In this document: positions 41,496 to 46,396 of the stretch, piece after piece
How positions within the stretch are numbered: position 1 is the first letter of the stretch
How the letters are laid out: every line of letters starts with the position of its first letter
Source of the DNA: Dehalococcoidales bacterium
GTDB taxonomy: Bacteria; Chloroflexota; Dehalococcoidia; Dehalococcoidales; BS750m-G39
Direction of reading: 5' to 3'
NCBI GenBank assembly: GCA_016783245.1
Contig: JADHWY010000003.1
Location: 1 to 46,396 of the forward strand
Length of the DNA: 46,396 nt
Notes under the pieces: generated by a model
The model's input: the letters and a program-made list of their open reading frames with translations, nothing else
What the model was told of the DNA's origin: nothing
Database searches by the model: none
Made by a program: the position numbers and the translations under genes

Positions 41496-44400
41496 TTGAA
41501 AGAATTAACCATCAGTTCCGACGCACCAGGGGAAAGACTCTTTATGCTCGGCAATGAGGCAATAGCCAGAGGGGTTATTGAGGCTGGGGCTCAGGTGGTG
41601 GCTGCCTACCCTGGTACCCCCTCCAGCGAAATAATGGAAACCCTAGCCGGAGTAGCCAAGAAACTTGACATGTATGTCGAGTGGTCAACCAACGAGAAGG
41701 TAGCCTTTGAAGTAGCTCTAGCCGCCTCACTCTCCGGGTTAAGAGCTATGGCGTCAATGAAGCATGTTGGGGTAAATGTAGCCCATGACCCATTAATGTC
41801 AGCTAGCTATATAGGCGTAATCGGCGGCTTGGTTCTACTCTCTGCAGATGACCCCTGGGCATGGAGCTCACAGGTGGAGCAGGATAACCGGTTTATTGCC
41901 GAGCAGGGTTATATCCCCATCCTTGAGCCCTCTCATGCCGAGGAAGCCAAGAATATGGTGGCTGACGCCTTTGCCCTCTCTGAAGAATTTGGGCATCTCT
42001 TTATGGTCAGGTCAGTAACCAGGATAGGTCATGCCCGCAGCGATGTAACCCTGGGAGAGATATCAAGGGAAAAAAGGAAGGGCTTGTTTAAGAAAGACCG
42101 CTTCCGGTGGGTGCAAACCCCGACTGGCGCCAGGAAAAACCGACCACTTATGATTAAGCGGTTTGAGGAAATAAAGGAACGGGTAAATACACTCCCCTAT
42201 AACCAGCTAAAGCTAGTTAGTGGAGCCAAGCTGGGTATAATCGCCTCGGGAGTACCCTACAGTTATGCCAGGGAGGCAATAAACTGGCTGGGGCTTGACG
42301 ACAAGGTTTCGGTGCTCAAGATTGGAACGCCCCACCCTCTTCCCGAGGAACTGGTAACCAAGCTACTAAGTTCGGTGAGCGAGGTGCTGGTGGTAGAAGA
42401 ACTAGAGCCATTTGTGGAGACTCACGTTAAAGCCTTTGCCCAGGAAGCGAGTATCACGGTCAAAATCCATGGCAAGGATTTGCTTCCGGTAATAGGCGAG
42501 CTATCTACCAGCAAGGTTACCGAGGCTATTGCCAAGTTAACCAACTCCAAACTCCCGGTTAATTTTAGGGAGATAGAAAAACTCTGGGAAGAGACAGCTC
42601 CGCTATTGCCACTACGACCACCAGCCCTGTGCGCCGGTTGCCCGCACCGAGCCTCTTTCTATGCCATTACGATAGCAGCAAGAAAAGTGGCTAGAGACTA
42701 TGGTAAAGATGTACTGCCTATCTATCCAGGTGATATTGGCTGCTATACCCTGGGCTACATCCCTCCGCTAGAAGCTGAGGATGTCACTATCTGTATGGGA
42801 GCCAGCTTTGGTTTGGCCAATGGTTTTGCCCATGCCCAAGATGCACCAGTAATAGCCCACCTGGGTGACTCAACCTTCTTCCATGCCGGCATACCACCAC
42901 TAATAAATGCTGTCTACAATAAGGCAAACATAACTATGGTAGTGCTGGATAACGGGACTACGGCTATGACTGGTTTCCAACCTGATGCCGGCTCAGGCAA
43001 AACTGCTACTGGCGATGAGGCCATACAGCTAAAACCGGAAGAGATAGCCAAAGCATGTGGCGTAAAGTTCATCAAGGTTGTAGACCCCTTTGACCTGAAA
43101 ACAACCACCGATACCATAGAAAAGGCAATAAGGTTTGATGGACCCTCACTGATAGTTTCCCGAAGGCTCTGCGCCCGGATAGCAGAAAGGGAAAAGCGAA
43201 AGCTGGGAGAGAAAGTAGTCCTTTATTATATAGACCAAGAGAAATGCGTTAAATCTAAGAACAAAATAATGCCCTGTGCTGCTACTTGCCCCGCCGGTAA
43301 TGATATACCGGGTTTCACTAATCTGGTCAAGCAGGGAAAAATCAAGGAGGGGCTAGAGTTAATCAAGCAGACTAACCCACTGCCTGCTGTCCTAGGAAGA
43401 GTTTGCTATCATCCCTGTGAGACAGAATGTAACCGTGCTCAACATGATGAGGCAATCGCCATCCATAAGATAGAAAGACTCCTGGGAGACTATGAAATTA
43501 CCCTCCCCAGCGAAGAGGAGGTAAAAGCTAAGCGAGAGGATAAGGTAGCTATTATTGGCTCTGGACCAGCCGGCCTCAGTTGCGGTTACTACTTAGCCAA
43601 GATAGGATATCCGGTGACTATCTTCGAAGCTCTATCCGTGCCCGGTGGAATGTTGGCAGTGGGCATTCCTGAATATCGGCTACCCAAGGACGTGCTGAGG
43701 ACAGAGATTAAGAGAATTGAAGACCTGGGTGTTGAAATCCGCCTTAACACCCCCGTTGGCTCCGATGACGACCTCCTGCAGCAAGGATATAAAGCAGCTT
43801 TCATCGCTGTAGGCGCTCATAAAAGCATGAAGCTGGGTGCGCCAGGGGAGGAGCAGGAAGGAGTCGTTTCAGCCTTGAGCTTTCTCCGCGAGGTTAATCT
43901 AGGTAAGCAAGTAAGTGTCGGAGAGAAGACTGTCATTATTGGTGGCGGTAACGTGGCTATAGATGCCGCCCGCGTCGCTCTCAGACAAGGGGCAAAACAG
44001 GTATCTATCATCTACCGTCGCTCCAGAGCTGAAATGCCGGCTAGCGATGAGGAAATCGAGGCTGCCGAGGAAGAGGGTGTTAATGTTACCTACCTGGCTG
44101 CTCCGACCAAGGTTTTAGGTAACGGTAAAGTTAGCGGGGTAGAATGCATTCGGATGAAGCTAGGCGAGCCAGATGCCAGTGGGCGCCGGCGCCCCATCCC
44201 AATCAAGGGCTCCGAGTTTACTGTTGATGTTGACACAGTAATATCGGCTATTGGCCAGGCACCGGAACTCCCCTTTACTGATAACCAGCTTAAAGTTTCC
44301 CCCCAGGGCACCTTGATAGCTGATGCCAGCACTCTCGCCACTGGCAAACCGGGTATCTTCGCCGGTGGCGACATGGTTACTGGCCCAGCAACAGTGGCTG

Positions 44401-44798
44401 ATGCCATTGGTGCTGGTAGAAAAGCAGCAAACTCTATTGATAGATACCTGAGGGGAGAGGCTCTTGCCATAACCGAGGAGAAAATCCCCACTATCAGCTA
44501 CGAGGAGCTCTCTTTGGCTTGTATCGAGCCAGTACCGAGGGCAAAAGCTAGCAAACTACCTGTAGCTAAGCGGCTGGAGGGGTTCGCCGAGGTTGAAAGC
44601 GGTCTCAGCCAAGAGATAGCTACTGCTGAGGCTAAGCGCTGCCTTAGCTGTGGTGTGGGCAGTGAAAAGTGTATTATGCTGCTAGGCTGTCCAGCAATAT
44701 GGAGAGACGACGGCAAAACCATGGTCGATACCTCCATGTGTGATGGTTGTGCAATTTGTGCCCAAATTTGCCCCTACAAAGCTATAGTGCAGGAGTGA
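41496..44798 (+). CDS. iorA: Indolepyruvate:ferredoxin oxidoreductase alpha subunit with inserted GltD/NfnB-like FAD/NAD(P)H oxidoreductase module
   Basis: GNEAIARG, YPGTP, NEKVA, CAGCP, GDIGCY, TPP motif GDSTFF...LDN; then PCAATCP, GSGPAG, GGGNVA, YRR, AGGD; C-terminal ferredoxin Cys motifs. Confidence 0.92.
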   Translation: MKELTISSDAPGERLFMLGNEAIARGVIEAGAQVVAAYPGTPSSEIMETLAGVAKKLDMYVEWSTNEKVAFEVALAASLSGLRAMASMKHVGVNVAHDPLMSASYIGVIGGLVLLSADDPWAWSSQVEQDNRFIAEQGYIPILEPSHAEEAKNMVADAFALSEEFGHLFMVRSVTRIGHARSDVTLGEISREKRKGLFKKDRFRWVQTPTGARKNRPLMIKRFEEIKERVNTLPYNQLKLVSGAKLGIIASGVPYSYAREAINWLGLDDKVSVLKIGTPHPLPEELVTKLLSSVSEVLVVEELEPFVETHVKAFAQEASITVKIHGKDLLPVIGELSTSKVTEAIAKLTNSKLPVNFREIEKLWEETAPLLPLRPPALCAGCPHRASFYAITIAARKVARDYGKDVLPIYPGDIGCYTLGYIPPLEAEDVTICMGASFGLANGFAHAQDAPVIAHLGDSTFFHAGIPPLINAVYNKANITMVVLDNGTTAMTGFQPDAGSGKTATGDEAIQLKPEEIAKACGVKFIKVVDPFDLKTTTDTIEKAIRFDGPSLIVSRRLCARIAEREKRKLGEKVVLYYIDQEKCVKSKNKIMPCAATCPAGNDIPGFTNLVKQGKIKEGLELIKQTNPLPAVLGRVCYHPCETECNRAQHDEAIAIHKIERLLGDYEITLPSEEEVKAKREDKVAIIGSGPAGLSCGYYLAKIGYPVTIFEALSVPGGMLAVGIPEYRLPKDVLRTEIKRIEDLGVEIRLNTPVGSDDDLLQQGYKAAFIAVGAHKSMKLGAPGEEQEGVVSALSFLREVNLGKQVSVGEKTVIIGGGNVAIDAARVALRQGAKQVSIIYRRSRAEMPASDEEIEAAEEEGVNVTYLAAPTKVLGNGKVSGVECIRMKLGEPDASGRRRPIPIKGSEFTVDVDTVISAIGQAPELPFTDNQLKVSPQGTLIADASTLATGKPGIFAGGDMVTGPATVADAIGAGRKAANSIDRYLRGEALAITEEKIPTISYEELSLACIEPVPRAKASKLPVAKRLEGFAEVESGLSQEIATAEAKRCLSCGVGSEKCIMLLGCPAIWRDDGKTMVDTSMCDGCAICAQICPYKAIVQE

Positions 44799-44803
44799 AA
44801 GAA

Positions 44804-45409
44804 ATGATAAAAGAATTCAATGTACTAATCTCTGGAGTTGGTGGACAGGGTGTAATCTTGATGTCAGAGCTTCTGGGGAACGCAGCAGTTAAAGATGGAC
44901 TGCGGGTTAGGGGCTCTGAAGTGCTGGGGATGGCAGTTAGAGGCGGTTCGGTATTCAGCAGTATCAGAATGGGAAGCGATGTATACGGGCCACTACCTCC
45001 CCTGGGAAAGTGCGACATCATAGTTGCACTGGAGCCATCAGAAGCACTACAAAACATTACCTTTCTGTCCAAGTCTAGCGTGGTCATACTCAACACCGCT
45101 ATAGTAATTCCATTCACCGTTTCCCTAGGACAAAGTAAGTACCCTAGCCTGGAAGCAATGCTGGAAAAACTAGGTAAGGCCTCAAGCAAAATAATTAAAC
45201 TGGATGCCTCCCAACTCGCCAGAGAGGCAGGAAACCTGCTAACAACTAATATTGTGATGCTGGGAGCATTATTCGGCACCAATCAGCTTCCGATAAAAAT
45301 AGAAACGGTGAAGGAATCCATCGAGGACCGCTTCCCAGCCAAGGTAATCCCGGTTAACTTTAAAGCCTTTGACCTCGGTTATCAGGCATGCCAAGAGGCA
45401 CTTAAATAA
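44804..45409 (+). CDS. iorB: Indolepyruvate oxidoreductase beta subunit
   Basis: GVGGQG, EVLGMAVRGGSV, NIVMLGA; ATG 44804 downstream of AGGAG. Confidence 0.93.
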   Translation: MIKEFNVLISGVGGQGVILMSELLGNAAVKDGLRVRGSEVLGMAVRGGSVFSSIRMGSDVYGPLPPLGKCDIIVALEPSEALQNITFLSKSSVVILNTAIVIPFTVSLGQSKYPSLEAMLEKLGKASSKIIKLDASQLAREAGNLLTTNIVMLGALFGTNQLPIKIETVKESIEDRFPAKVIPVNFKAFDLGYQACQEALK

Positions 45410-45429
45410 TTCGGGGTAAAGTTGTAAAG

Positions 45430-45460
45430 AGCGAGGCTAGCTTCAAGAGCTAGCCTCGCT
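45430..45460. terminator. Hairpin between convergent genes, possible bidirectional terminator
   Basis: 13-bp perfect stem AGCGAGGCTAGCT-TCAAG-AGCTAGCCTCGCT; U-tracts are weak. Confidence 0.6.
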
Positions 45461-45493
45461 ACCAGTGCAAGCTTACGGCTTAACCGCTTCTAC

Positions 45494-46396
45494 CTACTGC
45501 AAAAGCTCCATAATATGCATTACCTTTACTGGCAGCTTGTCCCGTATAGTACTGTCAATCAACTGAATTTCACATCCCGGACAGCTACTAACTACAATAT
45601 CAGCCCCGGTTGACTCAATTGCTTCCACCTTCTTATCGGCAATCTTCTTGGACAGGTCATAGTAATAAATGCTAAACGTGCCTGCCATACCACAGCACCT
45701 GTCGGCGTTAGGCATCTCAACATATTCTACACCAGGTATTGACTTTATAATCTGCCGCGGCTGGTCTTTTATCCCCAGATGTCGGACAAGATGACACGGG
45801 TCGTGCCAGGTAACCTTCTTACCCTTAACCTCGGACGCAGGCTGGTAAGCTGACGACGGTAGCTTCAATACATCAACCAGAAACTCAGAAATGTCCTTTA
45901 CCCTTTCGCCGAACTTGGTATAAGCCTCTTTCCGCTCTGAGGTATCAGCCAAAAACTTCACATAGTCCTTCAACGCCGAGGTACAGGTAGCGCAGTCTGA
46001 AACGATGTAATCTACCCCCCCAAAGGCTTTTACATTAGTGTCAGCTAATCTTCTCCCTGTATCAAAATCACCAGCCCCCAGAAACACCGGTGCTCCGCAG
46101 CAGCCTTGTTCCTCGGGCACCACTACCTCTACGCCGTTCCTGGTCAGGAAATCGACTATATGCTTACCCAGTTCAGGAAAGACGAAATCAGTCATGCAGC
46201 CAGTAAAATAGCCCACCTTCATCCTGGTGGCAACACCAGCCGGGGGCTTATTTACTACCGGGACTATCTGCCGTAGAAACTTGGGGGCAATTTCAGGTAT
46301 CTGTCTCCCCTTACCCAGAGCCGACAGGAACATGGATAAATGCCTGATTGTGCCCTCGGTCTTGGGCAGGAAAATCCCCTGAAACCAGGAGGCAAA
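45494..46396 (-). CDS. CCG-domain Fe-S oxidoreductase (GlcF/HdrD-like), 5' truncated by the window edge
   Basis: YFTGC...CCG...CATC and HDPCH...CCG...CPGC. Confidence 0.9.
   Translation of the reverse strand, partial: FASWFQGIFLPKTEGTIRHLSMFLSALGKGRQIPEIAPKFLRQIVPVVNKPPAGVATRMKVGYFTGCMTDFVFPELGKHIVDFLTRNGVEVVVPEEQGCCGAPVFLGAGDFDTGRRLADTNVKAFGGVDYIVSDCATCTSALKDYVKFLADTSERKEAYTKFGERVKDISEFLVDVLKLPSSAYQPASEVKGKKVTWHDPCHLVRHLGIKDQPRQIIKSIPGVEYVEMPNADRCCGMAGTFSIYYYDLSKKIADKKVEAIESTGADIVVSSCPGCEIQLIDSTIRDKLPVKVMHIMELLQ

Overview
A 46.4-kb chromosomal segment, most likely from an anaerobic Dehalococcoidia-like Chloroflexota bacterium (inferred from gene content and order, not from a search). The core is housekeeping: radC, prfB (+1 frameshift), nfi, rpsP-khpA-rimM, a full F-type ATP synthase operon, ppsA-dgt-dnaG-rpoD, ffh, sbcC and uvrA. 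The ends carry anaerobic catabolic genes: a three-subunit xanthine-oxidase-family molybdoenzyme, an ADP-forming acyl-CoA synthetase alpha subunit, iorAB and a CCG-domain protein. The main leads are: (1) IorA with a ~475-aa GltD/NfnB-like FAD/NADPH module inserted into its ferredoxin motif; (2) two extra genes inside the atp operon, an uncalled 36-aa single-TM microprotein between atpE and atpF and an 88-aa winged-helix protein between atpG and atpD; (3) an AvaI/BsoBI-type restriction-modification cassette headed by a ribbon-helix-helix gene with twin operators over its own promoter; (4) a dispersed G/C-tract palindromic repeat family with compensatory stem changes. I saw no rRNA, tRNA, CRISPR array or transposase.
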